Translations under genes and position numbers: made by a program | Source: Octopus sinensis | Taxonomy: Eukaryota | Length of the DNA stretch: 64,000 bases | Assembly: GCF_006345805.1 (NCBI RefSeq) | Contig: NC_043015.1 | Location: forward strand, 50,220,001-50,284,000 | Reading direction: 5' to 3' | The notes under the pieces: model-generated | Database searches by the model: none | What the model was told of the DNA's origin: nothing | The model's input: the letters and a program-made list of their open reading frames with translations, nothing else | Part shown: positions 47,346-62,084 of the stretch, piece after piece | How positions within the stretch are numbered: position 1 is the stretch's first letter | Layout: each line of letters opens with the position of its first letter

Positions 47346-48466
47346 GTTCTGTATGTAAGCTGTAGCTTGTAGCATATAGGCTGTTGGTGGCAATGTGATA
47401 ATTACAATACAGGCTTTTGAAGGGTTGTATATATTTAGAGAATTGGTATGAGTGCAGTGGTTACAATTTCGTCTGCCACTACATTCTGAGTTCAAATTCC
47501 GCCGAGGTCGACTTTGCCTTTCATCCTTTTGGGGTTGATTAAATAAGTACCAGTTATGCACTGGGCTTGATATAATCGACTTAATCCATTTGTCTGTCCT
47601 TGTTTGTCCTCTCTGTGTTTAGCCCCTTGCGGGTAGTAAAGAAATAGGTATTTCGTCTGACGCTACGTTCTGAGTTCAAATGTTGATGGCAGCTTAATAT
47701 TGCTGTGAAAACCATTGTCATAGTGTTAGATAACTATATATATATATTGCAGTACTGAATATTTTAGGCATATTTTCTTATTTTATTTAGGAAAAAAAAA
47801 AAAAAAAAAAAAAAAACAATGCGTAGGTGGTAAGAATAACATAGTTTTCTAAGATTTTTATGTAAATTCTTTCAAAGCTGATTTTCTCTTGAAATTACTT
47901 TGTTGTGACATTTAAATAATCTTCTATTATTTTATAATCTCTACCATTTTCAGTGCTGAAAATAAAGTGAAAATATAAAGAAGAAAAAAAAAATGTGTTT
48001 CATATAAAGAGACTTCAGTGATTTTTATCATGGTTTAAAGTTTTACTGTTTTATTGCATCAGAAAAGATTAGAATTTGTAGTTTTCTGTATTTGGCAACA
48101 GAGATACAAGAACATAGTTTAAGCTCTAGGCAATTCCTGTTGGTCTACTACATGAAATGCCTATTGGAATAAGCTAATGTTATTGTCAAACCCCAATGAA
48201 ATAGAAGTCAAAACTTGCTGCCAGATATTCTCAGTTTCCTAACCCTTTACCTTTCAGATAACTCAGTGATATTTAATATTTATTTCTTCAAATTGTTTTG
48301 AATTAATCATGTATTATCTTGTAGCTTCGAGATTTCGATGTTGTGATTGTTTATTTTCATCATGACATTGTAGGGTAGGTGTAAGAAGCCATTTCTCGAC
48401 AATTTGAACATACAACAGATAGAATATTTAGTCCAGATATGGTTGGTTTAAATGCTAAAGGGCATA

Positions 48467-48698
48467 TGGAACAAACTGCCGGCATCAGTTGCTAGTTGTC
48501 GGAGCACTGCATCCTTCAAAACTTCCATGCTTTCTGAGATTTGCCAGCACTACACCTGATTTTCTCCCCTCCATATACACACAAGCATGTATCTGACTCA
48601 TGCATTGTTTGCTTTCCAGACATTTGTACATTACTGCATGTGCTTTATATGCACTGTCTGACAAGTTGTGGTGCACCTGAGCACTGTATACAGTAATT

Positions 48699-48729
<31 letters not shown>
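48467..48729 (+). mobile_element. 3' fragment of the same CR1 family
   Basis: Translates WNKLPASVASCRSTASFKTSMLSEICQHYT* versus WNKLPASVVDCHDTASFKALMLSEIRRNYT* in the intron-5 copy. Same terminal GTGCACCTGAGCACTGTA motif and (ATT)n tail. Confidence 0.9.
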
Positions 48730-48731
<2 letters not shown>

Positions 48732-49749
48732 TGGATAATGAAGTCCTAGAGACACCTTTATAAATACAGAGATGTTGCGATGGGTTAGGGTCACAGTTGG
48801 AATTCCTCTGATTGAAGCTCTGATCCATCAAGGTGACCAGGAACCAAATTACAACATCTTCAGGGATTTCTATCAAAAATTGCACTAGGGTTGTCTATAA
48901 ATTTGAATTTCTTGTTTTGGGACTGTTATTGTAATAGTTGAAAGGTGATAAAACAATTCATTTGTTAATACCTTCCTGGTGACATCAATATACAGCCATG
49001 CCTTGGTGACTTCTCTAAAATATTGGCAGGGTTTATAACAAACTTTTTCTGGAAACTCACTTTGAAAATGGTGATTAGACAATGGTGTGAGAACATTTTT
49101 CTAGAGTAAAACTAAGCCATACACACATACATACATACATACATATAGTAAAAGGACATAGGCACGAAACATCAAAGACTCTTCCATTTTTCCTGAGTGT
49201 CGAACTGATACACCATGTTTATTGTCCCTTCACCTGTGTCTTTTGTTTTTTTGTATAATTTTATACACACACGTATATACATATACACTTTATTGCGGGT
49301 TAACAAGGCGACAATGATGATGATGATGATGATAATGATGTCCTGTCATCATCAGAATGTCATGTTTTATGATCAAACCGCTTCATCATCTACCTTCTTT
49401 TAACAACTGACATGTGGGATTGAACCTGGAATCACATTGTTGCAAAGCAAGTACCTTAACCACACAGCCATGTCAGCACCCATAAAGACTTTTTTGTTAG
49501 AGATGTTGGTTGTAACATTAATTAAGATGGATTTTTTTTCTTCTTTCTTGACAGACAGAGATAATTGGAAAATAATTAAAACTAGATTTTCAGATTTTTA
49601 AGTTCTTGGGGATTCACAGATTCATAACAGCTAATTAATAATATTGATTTCTGAAGTTGGTACAAGGATTTTTGGATTTTCTTTTCTTTCTTTCTTTTTT
49701 TTTAGAAGAAGGAGCAAAAGAAGACAGAGTCTGTTTAAGGATATTGGTA

Positions 49750-50208
49750 ATCATCATCATCATCATCATCATCGACATCGCTGTGGCGGTGGTGGTGGTT
49801 GTTGTCATCATCATCATCATCATCAACATCACCATCATGGCTCTCGTGGTGGTGGTGGTGGTGGTCGTCGTCGTCATCATCATCATCAACATCAGCATCA
49901 TGGTTCTTGTGGTGCTGATGGTCATTGCTGTCATTATCATCATCATCAACATCGCCGTGGTGGTAGTGGTCGTTGTCGTCGTCATTATCATCATCAGCAT
50001 ATCAACATCATCATCAACATCAGCATTGTGGTTCTTGTGGTGATGGTCATTGCTGTCATCATCATCATCATAATTATCGTCATCATCATCATCATCACCA
50101 GTGTCTTCATCATCGTTATTGTCGTTATCATCATCAGCATCATCATCATTGTCATCATCGTGTTCATCGTCATCATCGTCATCATCACTATCATCATCAT
50201 CATTATTT
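49750..50208. repeat. Compound trinucleotide repeat (ATC/GTG/GTC)
   Basis: Read directly. It produces poly-His/Asp/Met/Ile ORFs with no coding support. Confidence 0.92.
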
Positions 50209-51804
50209 GAAGATGTGTAAAATGGAAGTGACACAGCCAGCAATTTGAAGAAGGTTAAAAACTCACACAAGTTGTATTTATGTGGCTTACTTGATCAGCT
50301 AGAAAGAACCACTAAATCTCTTTCAAACAAGTCCCTACTACCTTCGGGCCAACAACAGAGCCTCTATATTGTTAGTCACCTGCTCAAAATAGCAGCGAAA
50401 TCTCTCCCAAATAAAACTCTGCCCATCTTTGGGCCAAAAATGGGACTGCTGTATACTTGGTCATCTGCTTGAAATAGCCACCTAAGCTCCCTCAAATAAA
50501 GCACAGCCATTTTTGAGTCTATAAAAGAACCTCTAAAACAGTCCCTGGATCTGGATCAATAGAATTATTAAAGCTTTGGATAAAATGCATTGTGGATCTT
50601 TACATTTTTTCTGGGTCTTGATACTCTGAGTTCAAATCCTGCTGGGGTCAAATACAGCCTTTTATCCTACTTCAACATTTAAATTTGATTTGTCGAAATA
50701 TTTTCGTCGCTTTGAGACAGTAACCTGTTCACTGACAAAATTCCATGCTGCATCTCAGATCAGGTTACTTGCTATGCAAGTACATCTCTGTAATTCCTAA
50801 TAATTACTCAATTATAAAAATACAATAGAATTTTTTAAACATCCACAGGCTGTAGGGGTTCCGCAGAGTAAAACAGGAATCAAAAGGGGTCCATGGGTAA
50901 AACCTGGTTTGCAAGATTCTTTATGTGAATTTGTGTGTTGAAGTAAATTTTGTTGTAATACCTTATTATCTAACTCACTCACTGCTTCAATTTCCATCCA
51001 TTTATTATTTATAATTTCTTTCATCCAAAATGTTCGTTCCTTTTGCAACCTTGTCAATGGACGTTGACTCTGCCCATTATTCTAACTCTTTGGAAGGAAA
51101 GAAATATAAATAATAGATGAGTGGAAATCGAACCTGTGTGTTAGAAAAGAAGGCATTAAAACAATATAACTGATAAAGTAATAATAAAAATTTCTTTATA
51201 TTTATATCTGGAATTACCAAACAAAAATTCACTGCAACCTTCACCATAGGTTTGATGTGGAACTAACTATTTCAAGAGTTACCTGTGTGTGATGATTAGA
51301 CATATTACAACTCCTGTTTTGGTTCTTGATTTACGTAACCTGCACAGCTACATGTCACTGATTGATCTAATTAAAAACGAAACAAAGAGACATATCATCA
51401 TACGTGATGAACATGGACTAAAGAAAAGGAAAAAATGCTTTTTCTTGTTTTTCTTCATCAATGTTCTGCTGGAATCATGACTTGGTTGTTCTTCACCAGA
51501 CACGAGATCATCTCATGTCATGACATACCTTTGCCTACTTTCCGCACACTTTGTTATACGTTGCAGGTGGCAAGGGGTCTTAATCACTGTTGTTTGTCAC
51601 ATACAAATACAATTATCATGTATTGTGTGTGGTAAGTAGCTTGCTTACAAACCACATGGTTCTAGGTTCAGTCCCACTGTGTGGCAACTTTGGGCAAGTG
51701 TCTTCTACTATAGCCTCGCGCCGACCAAAGCCTTGTGAGTGGATTTGGTAGACGGAAACTAAAAGAAGCCCATCGTATATATGTATAATGTATATGTATG
51801 TATG

Positions 51805-51822
<18 letters not shown>

Positions 51823-51847
<25 letters not shown>

Positions 51848-53364
51848 TTGTTTGTGTTTGTCACTCCACCATCACTTGACAACCAATGCTGGTGTGTTTA
51901 CATCCCTGTAACTTAGCGGTTTGGCAAAAGAGACCTATTTGTTTACTACCCACAAGAGGCTAAACACAGAGAGGACAAACAGATTAAGTCGATTACATCG
52001 ACCCCAGTGTGTAACTGGTACTTAATTTATCGACCCCGAAAGGATGAAAGGCAAATTCGACCTCGGCGGAATTTGAACTCAGAACGTAACGGCAGATGAA
52101 ATATGGCTACGCATTTCGCCCGGCGTGCTAACGATTCTGCCAGTTCAGCAAAAGAGACCGATAGAATAAGTACTAGGCTTACAAAGAATAAGTCCTGGGG
52201 TCAATTTGCTCGACTAAAGGTGGTGCTCCAGCATGGCCACAGTCAAATGACTGAAACAAGTAAGAGTAAAGGAGTATGTGATCATAGTTATATAGAACAC
52301 AACTGACAGTCGTAATGGCACGGAACGATTTTTACCAAAAATGATGTCAAACTCAGTTTTATGATTTTACAGACTTTGGAAAACTGATGGATGGTACTGT
52401 TACAAGGTTTGTTTGTATGTGTTACCTTGGAATCTACTATGTTGAATTACGGCATTTCATCACTCACGCTTATTAAAGACAATCTTCCACAAAGTTCACA
52501 CACAGCACCATACCGAAATCTAGGAGTGCTATGGCATTCTATAAAGCTACAGAGTTAAAATTTTGTGTGTTAGATAAACCAAACACAGTTATGTATGTGT
52601 GTGTGTGTGTGTGTGTGTTTGTTTGTGTTTGTCACTCCACCATCACTTGACAACCAATGCTGGTGTGTTTACATCCCTGTAACTTAGCGGTTTGGCAAAA
52701 GAGACCTATTTGTTTACTACCCACAAGAGGCTAAACACAGAGAGGACAAACAGATTAAGTCGATTACATCGACCCCAGTGTGTAACTGGTACTTAATTTA
52801 TCGACCCCGAAAGGATGAAAGGCAAATTCGACCTCGGCGGAATTTGAACTCAGAACGTAACGGCAGATGAAATATGGCTACGCATTTCGCCCGGCGTGCT
52901 AACGATTCTGCCAGTTCAGCAAAAGAGACCGATAGAATAAGTACTAGGCTTACAAAGAATAAGTCCTGGGGTCAATTTGCTCGACTAAAGGTGGTGCTCC
53001 AGCATGGCCACAGTCAAATGACTGAAACAAGTAAGAGTAAAGGAGTATGTGATCATAGTTATATAGAACACAACTGACAGTCGTAATGGCACGGAACGAT
53101 TTTTACCAAAAATGATGTCAAACTCAGTTTTATGATTTTACAGACTTTGGAAAACTGATGGATGGTACTGTTACAAGGTTTGTTTGTATGTGTTACCTTG
53201 GAATCTACTATGTTGAATTACGGCATTTCATCACTCACGCTTATTAAAGACAATCTTCCACAAAGTTCACACACAGCACCATACCGAAATCTAGGAGTGC
53301 TATGGCATTCTATAAAGCTACAGAGTTAAAATTTTGTGTGTTAGATAAACCAAACACAGTTATG
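51823..53364. repeat. 771-bp direct tandem duplication with junctions in (TG)n tracts
   Basis: Landmarks are offset by exactly 771 (TCACTCCACC at 51861 and 52632; identical ORFs at 52103 and 52874). No differences were seen by eye outside the microsatellites. Confidence 0.95.
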
Positions 53365-53378
53365 TGTGTGTGTGTGTG

Positions 53379-53409
<31 letters not shown>

Positions 53410-55514
53410 CGCTAGTTTACTTGACTTGGTTAAATAATCTGTTTTCTTTGATTAAAATTCAATGTTTAATAAACTCCACAGCATATTAGAAAGACATTGG
53501 AATTATTGATTGGGTCCTAAGACAAAGAAGAATTGATTTATTCCACCCTGAATCTTATTTCATGGCCATATATATATATATAAATAGATCAATATTTCCA
53601 ATATCATTAAATGATCGATATTTTCAATTTTTCTCTCTCATTAAATGCCAGTGTTATTTAAAAAGGTTGAACGGATGAATGGAAACCTATATTTTGCAGA
53701 GAGCTTGTAATGTGGGGCAGTCCTCTTATGAACCGTTAACTGAAGATCACAATGATTTTGTTACTCTCTGATAGTTATTGCTCTCTCTCTCTCTCTCTCC
53801 ACTGCCTTTACACCCAGGGAAATGTCTGGGTATATTTAGCCCCCACCCACCACTGCAACATGCTTTTTTTCTCTCCACTATCCTTGCAGCCACCACATCA
53901 AACCAATCACAGCTGTAACCACTGCAGACATACAGCAACTATTTTTAGTTCTCACAGAGAATTCGTTCTCTGATCTTGTCTTTGGATTGTCTCTTGCATG
54001 TGTCTGCCACATCTTTGGTGAAGTTTTTCTGCTTCCCATTCCAGTGCAGAAATCAATGCTCTGCTGGCTTTCTTCTGTCTGATGCTGACCAAAGAGAACA
54101 CTGTAGATGTAGCTACATGCCCACAACACCTCACCCCCACTGGAAGCACCATTCATTGCTGTTCTCAAGCCAAATGCAACTCCCTAAGTCTTTCCCTCTC
54201 AAGTTCAGAAATCAATGCTCTGCTGGCCTTCTTCTGTCTGATGCCATTGTGGATCTAGTTACAGACCTTATGACATCCCACCTCTACTGGAAGCACCATA
54301 TACTCCCATTTTCATTCTCACATATTTCCCTAAACCCTTCCCATTATAGACTCTTCAGTTTTATGAGCCAACTTCATGTTACCTCCACAGGCTACCATTA
54401 ATTCAACGATCAGAACTTGTGCCATGTAAAAAACATCTCTGCTGGTGCCTTCTATAGAGCACTCATGTTGGCACCATGTAAAAAGCACCTTTGTTGGTGC
54501 CATGTAAAAATGCACTCACGCTGACACTATGAAAAAAAGTACCCAGAATATTCTGTAAAGTGGTTGGCATTAGGAAGGACATCCATCTGTAAAAATGCTT
54601 TGTCAGGTGAGTTTTATTAGAACACAAGCACTTCTTTTGAACTCTACCAACATCTTCCAGTCATTAGAGCCAGACAAAAGTCTGGGTCCTAGCTACTCTT
54701 TCTTTATGACCCCATAGTTATCCTTTTCTGCCTTCAATGTAGAAAACTACAAGGTGTAACTTAGTGATGGATCTCATTGTATTAATGCTGTGGCACTGAT
54801 GTTGTTGCACAGATGTTTTCTCTGCATCAGTAAGTATACTGAAGACTTGTCTGAGCTACCAGAAATATTCTGTAAAGGATGACCTGCAATGCTGTCAAAC
54901 CATGTACCAAAAGCTGTCAACAGTCTCACTCCAGTCCCATCATCTTATATATGGATGGAACCACATTAACTGTGAAGTAGGCAATTCAATTGATCAAATA
55001 ACTGAATTGTCATACATTTTTGAATTCATTGGTTACTTCAAGATGTTTCCACAAAGTAGAATTTACCTGGAAATGGTAATTCCTCTGGATGTAAATAAAC
55101 ACTAAGAACAATATTTCTCTTTTAATCTCAAACTATCAATGTTCTATAAAGACTAGAAAAACATCCCATTAATTTCCTTGAGATTGTAATAATTTTCATC
55201 TTTAATTTTAATGAACTATCTCATTTTGTAATATGTCTAATAATTACAGATTATAGCATGCTGAAGAGTTCTAAAAAGAATGAAATAGTACTATACATGA
55301 CTACCACCAATCAGAAATTGTAAAATCTTCATAAAAAGTACATATACAAAAATAAATTAAACATGGCATAGCTGTGTGGTAAGTAGCTTACCAACCACTT
55401 GGCTCTGGGTTCAGACCTACTGTGTGGCACCTTGGGCAAGTGTCTTCTACTATAGCCTCAAGCCAACCAAAGCCTTGTGAATTGGTAGACAGAAACTGAA
55501 AGAAGCCCATCATA

Positions 55515-55565
<51 letters not shown>

Positions 55566-56289
55566 CTGTGTTTGTCCCCCAACATCACTTGACAACCAAT
55601 GTTGGTGTGTTTACGTTCCCGTAACTTAGTGGTTTAGCAAAAGAGATCGATAGAATAAGTACTAGGCTTACAAAGAATAAGTCCTGGGGTCGATTTGCTT
55701 GACTAAAGGCAGTGCTCTAGCATGGCCACAGTCAAAAGACTGAAACAAGTAAAATAATAAAAGAGTAAAAGAGATACAGATTATTCTGTCAAATGTAATA
55801 CTTATTGATTCTCATTTGTTTTGAATCATTTCTGCATTATGTTATAGCTTTGAAATTTCAATGATGTGATTGCATATTTTTAGAATGACATTGTAGGGTA
55901 GGAGTGAGAGGCCAGATTTTGACAGTTTGGTTATAAAACAGGTACAGATAGAATATTTGGGTGGGATATGGCTGGTTTGAATGCTAAAAGGTTAAACTGA
56001 TTTAAATTAAAACCATCCATCAAAATTCCATGTTAATTCATGTTCTAAACACCAGCTTAATAATGACGATGTTGTTTTACCATATTCTTCAGGATTTTCA
56101 AAATTAATTGAAAGAAAAGCAGAGTATTTTAATTGAAATATGGTAACAAAAGTGAGGAAATTGATCCAAACTTCAGCTTCCCACCAAAACTTCATGGTAA
56201 TTTATGTTCTGAACTCTGGTTTAATAACGACAAAGATATTTTACTAAATTCATCACGATTTTCAAAAGAAGCTGAAACAAAGTATTATA

Positions 56290-56484
56290 CAGTTGCGGCC
56301 AAATCACTAAATCATCCATAACTTTTGTATTATCCTCTCAAATTACACCAAAATCTCAGACAATAACAAATAATATCGTATTTATTTTCTGAGAAAATTA
56401 TAGAATATAAAACAACTTTTATAAAAAATTATACCTACTTTTCTGACGAAAACAATGCCATTCTGAACATTTTGGCCGCAACTG
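56290..56484. mobile_element. Tc1-like MITE, 195 bp, nested in a piggyBac-type MITE
   Basis: TA|CAGTTGCGGCCAAA...TTTGGCCGCAACTG|TA, with perfect 14-bp TIRs. Confidence 0.9.
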
Positions 56485-57589
56485 TAGTTCAACAGAAATA
56501 TGGAAGCCCAAAGGGGTTAAATAATAACTGAACACAACATTGAAATCATTTTATATTTTTTTTTTACTGCTTTCATAATACATTATAAAATTGGTTAACA
56601 AATTATATGAAGTTGTAGAAATGGTTCATTCAATTCCGATGTACAAATTATATATTTATAATTATTGTAGAAAGGTTCCATCACATTCAGGCATAGAAAA
56701 GAAAAAAAAAAAAAAGAAAAAGAAAAAGAGGAAGAAGGGATATGAAAATTATGGTTTTAACAAAATGTTTTTTTTTTTTATAAAATTTTCATCTTTAATA
56801 TATGTAGATGAAAGTGGGAAATAAACAAAATTAATGAAAATAAAAATAATTTTTATAATACAATGATGTATTCAACTGCTTAATTGTTTCTGCAAACTAC
56901 TTCATTTTGATTTGAAACCTGCACAAATTAATTGTCAATAACTGTTTTCTTTTTTTTAAAAATTTTATTTTAATATATCGACAGAGAAAAATCTCATGCC
57001 TCACAAAGGAACAGATCCCTGCATTAGGGGACATCGAAATTTATCTACCTGGAGCTACAACAGTTTGTAATGAGAAAACTACTACCATAGACAGTAAACA
57101 GTACTGTCTTTTACTAGAAACGGTAAATGTTGGCGGCATATAGTAATGGATAAATTACCGAATTAGATAGTCTTTTCATGTTCTATTTTAGACAAGCTAA
57201 ACATAATTCTGAAAAAATATCACCTTCACTATGAGATTTTGAAAAAATAGGGTATCATGGCGACATTGTCATCAAAAGAGGACATTTAAAAATCAGAAGA
57301 AGATTGTGGTTCACAACGTAACTTCAGTTCTTTTATTTTGGTTCACTTTATATATTTTTTTTTGTTCATTTTACTAAATGAGTCACAACAGAACTGAAGA
57401 AGAAAAAGATTCTTTTAGGATTTTGTGTTTCTTTTTTTGTTGAAAAATATAAAGAAATTGAATAAATTTTTAGGTAAATGTTTCAAAAAAAAAAAGTCAT
57501 CTTTTTTTCTTAAGGAAGAATGATCATGGAATCACAACCAGAATTTTAAAGATCACTAAGATTGGGGTACAGGAAAAGAAAGACTTAAC

Positions 57590-57598
57590 TATATTATA

Positions 57599-57642
<44 letters not shown>

Positions 57643-57679
57643 ATATACATACATATATATATGTATGTAAGTATATATA

Positions 57680-57721
<42 letters not shown>

Positions 57722-58845
57722 AAGTATATATATATATATATTATATATATATATATACTTACATGTATGTGTGTATATGTATGTATGTATGTATGTATGT
57801 GTGTGTGTATGCATATATATATACACATACACATACATGAACTATTCATTTTAAAGGTTATAGAAAGAGATTCTTTTCAGATAAACTTTAAGTGGAAACT
57901 TTGAGAATGTGAAGTGTTTCTAAAATTGTATAAAATAGTAAATCTGATAAAATATTTGAAAGAAGAGGGGAAATATATATATATATATATATATAAAAAA
58001 AGGATAAATAAAAAAAAACAAAAAACAAACCCACCCACCCACTCTCCCCCCAACAAAATCTCATTTGACTAATGATGGTTTTATCATACGACTTCTACTT
58101 TTCAAGCTAAAATGGAATCAATTCTTCTCAATTTATTTTCAGTGTTTTCTTGGATTTTTAAAAGATATCATCAATGCTTATGTTTTACTCTCTTTTTCGT
58201 TCAGTCTACTTTCCGGTAAATAAAACACTCTGATTCTCCCATCACAAACACACACACACACACACACAGACACACACACACACTTATATACACAACACAT
58301 ACTATAATTTTGGAGTTTTAAATGTTAACCTCTCACATTGAGGGGAAATTAATGGTTGAACTTTTCAAAACTGTTTTGTCTTTGAGTACCATGTAATTAC
58401 TTTCCATTATAGTAGCAATTCTGGAAGTTATTACCAACACACGGTACATCTGTGAGCCATTTATAATGAGCAGAGTTTGCCACCTTATGATTTTACAGAC
58501 AATGTGACTATACAGGCAATGTGTTGCACAGTATAGAGTTTATCGCTTTGTAGAGTGTGATTGCCCTAAGAGAATATCACCTTATGCACTTTGTAAACAT
58601 TGTGACTTCATAGAGAATATGTATGTCAACTTGATGGAGTGTATGCCACCATTTAAAGTTTTCTGTCACCTTATAGTACATGTGTTACCTTAAACATTGT
58701 GATACCTAGCAGGCTGGCTATCACAAAGATAACACGTTTTATTTATGATTTCTCTAAAAGTATGTAGAACTTGGATTTCAAAGTAGAATATCGGTAAACA
58801 CAGAGAGAGAGAGAAAAACAAAGAAATATGTTAAGGTGGATGCCC

Positions 58846-58910
<65 letters not shown>

Positions 58911-59459
58911 AATAATAATAATAATAATAATGATAATAATAATTATTATTATTATTATTTTTATTATGTACACAAAGTAAATATTTTTTTAACAGAATAA
59001 AGGAATGAAATTAAAACACTATAATTTTCTCAGAAGCTGGTTCCATTATTAAAGAAAACTATAAAATTGGATTTACCTCTGTCTGTGTGTGTGTGTGTGT
59101 GTGCGTGCATGTGTGTGTGTGAATACATATTTATAAATATATAATCATAAAATCATAAAAGATATTGTTTGATTAATTGGTTTTGTTGTGATAACAACCA
59201 ATAGAATCAATAAATTATAAACCATTTTTCACAGAATTTCAAGAGAAATTACAGATATTTTCATTTAAATTTGGCAAAAAAAAAGATAAAAAGAAAAATA
59301 TGCATTGGCATCTATGAATATACAGTATATTTTTTGGAGCGGGGAGGAAGGTGTGAACGTTTTTATATATGTGTGTGTGTGTGTGCGCGTGTGTATGTTG
59401 TGTGTGTGTGTGTGTATATATATGTGTGTATATATATATATTTTTTTCAAATATATATG

Positions 59460-59506
<47 letters not shown>

Positions 59507-59885
59507 GCATTTATGTATATACGTGCATATATATATATATCTTTATTTGTACACATACACACACACGGACACACACACACACACACACACAACCTCCAAG
59601 AATCAATCTTTCTTTACAAATAAAATTTGAATTTTCCTTTATTTTTGTTGTGCTTTTTTCTTCAGAAAATTTTTGTTTTTTATTGTAATGTTCTCCTTCT
59701 AGAAGCGAAATTATATTTAATTATTATTATCATTATAATCATCATCATCATCATTATTATTATTATTGTTATATATCTTTTATATTATGTTATTTTTTTC
59801 CAATATAAGGGAAGAACTGTTAATATCATTATTGAAAGTTTATATAATCTGCTTCTGTCATAATAATAATAATGATAACAATACA

Positions 59886-59919
<34 letters not shown>

Positions 59920-60498
59920 TAATAATAATAATAATAATGATAATATTACATGTTGTTTGTTCAGTGATAGAAATCTTGTGTCACCTTGTTGTTTCCAATT
60001 CTGTCTATATTACAAACACATGCTGAAAACCCATCTGGAATCGCAGTTCTGTATTCTTGTGTGTGTGTGTGTGTGTGCGTGTGGTGTATATCTATGTATG
60101 AATGTGAGAGAAAGAGAGAGAATATGTATTTATGTGTGTTTACATTTCACAGAAATATTTATGTTTGAATGTGGATTTCTGTATATGTGTCCAAACATGT
60201 GTGTGTGTGTGTGTGTGTTTGTTTGTGTGTGCATTTATTTTCATGTGTTCGTACTGCGTATATGCATGTGTATATATTTGCAATAAAAAATGGAAAATTT
60301 CTAAAGTGGAATCGTACACGACTAAAGAAACATTTTCCTGTTGATTTTTTTGTTTTGTTTTTTGTTATTCTCTTAAAGTTTCCGTAGTGAATTCAATAAC
60401 AAATCTGATTTTGCTTCAGATGCAATATATAAGTATGTGTGTGTGCTTGAGTGTGTATGTATGGATGGATGTATGTGTGCATGTATGTAAGTATGTGT

Positions 60499-60539
<41 letters not shown>

Positions 60540-60681
60540 TGCACATATAAAAGTACATATATTATATGCATATATATATTAATACACATATATATGCATA
60601 GTTACATATATTATATATACATAAGTATATATTATATATATATGCAAATATAAATATATACGTATATGCATGTATATATAT

Positions 60682-60739
<58 letters not shown>

Positions 60740-60772
60740 ATATATATATCTTATATATAATATATATATATA

Positions 60773-60846
<74 letters not shown>

Positions 60847-60977
60847 GTATACCTGTTGTAGTAACATATGCATGCATGAATATGTATGTATACATGTATA
60901 TATCTATGTATACATGTGTAAATATGAATGTGTATGAATGTGTATATATATATACATGCATATGTTTACATGTGTAT

Positions 60978-61020
<43 letters not shown>

Positions 61021-61455
61021 TGTACGTATATATATATATATATAGATAGATAGATATGCATATATTATATATACATATATATATGCACATGTATATATGC
61101 ATCTATATATGGATGTAATTAATTTAAAACTACTATTCCTGTTATCATCATAGAATAACTGTAGATAAATGAAGTCTTATTATTTTAACAAATAACCAGA
61201 AAAAAAAAAATGATGATAAAATTTTTTTTCAAAATAATAAGGACAAAAGAAAGAATTATAATTTCAGTTGCTAGATTTGGATATCAACCATTCTTTGGGA
61301 AAACGAATTTATTCTCTTCTCAAAGAAGAAGCTACCAACTTCGGCTACTTGTGAAGCAAAAAAAACTGGAAAGTACACAATTGGAACATCTACCAAAGAT
61401 GTCAGTGACTTCGAAAAGAAAAGAAATGGCTCCTAGATAGAATATAAGGGGAGGA

Positions 61456-61501
<46 letters not shown>

Positions 61502-61800
61502 AGAGGAGAGAGAGGAGAGAGGGGGGGTAGTGTAAAATGACTAGTCAGAAAGGAAAGGAAAAATTGGTATCTTTTTTTGCATGGGGGCATCTCTTTGAAA
61601 TATCCTGCTCTCTTTGTGTGTGCGTGTTGTGATAATCTGATTTATGTCGTAATAGTTTTATACATAATATGATATTATTACATCGTATATCATATGTATA
61701 ACATATGTATATATATAAGTATGTGTATATGTATATATATATTATATATATATATTTATAAACATATATAACATATATATATATATATACATATATGTAT

Positions 61801-61832
<32 letters not shown>

Positions 61833-62027
61833 TATATATTATATAATATATATATTACATATATATACATATATACACACACACACACCACATATATATA
61901 TATATATATTTATATACACACATGTATATATGCTTGTATGTATAATATATACTTATAACATATATATATATATACAAATATGTGTGTGTGTGTACACATA
62001 CATATATAAAAGTTATATATAATATAT

Positions 62028-62084
<57 letters not shown>

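Noticed and set aside
49635-50270. Poly-Asp/His/Met ORFs of 128-211 aa
   Set aside because: Pure trinucleotide repeat open on both strands, with no convincing splice sites or homology.
53950-54330. ~160-bp-period imperfect direct repeat with short ORFs
   Set aside because: No recognisable protein motif or splice pattern. It is probably an old retroelement remnant that I cannot classify by eye.
58845-58965. (AAT)n directly followed by (ATT)n, forming a potential hairpin
   Set aside because: Common juxtaposition of simple repeats here, with no sign of a specific function.
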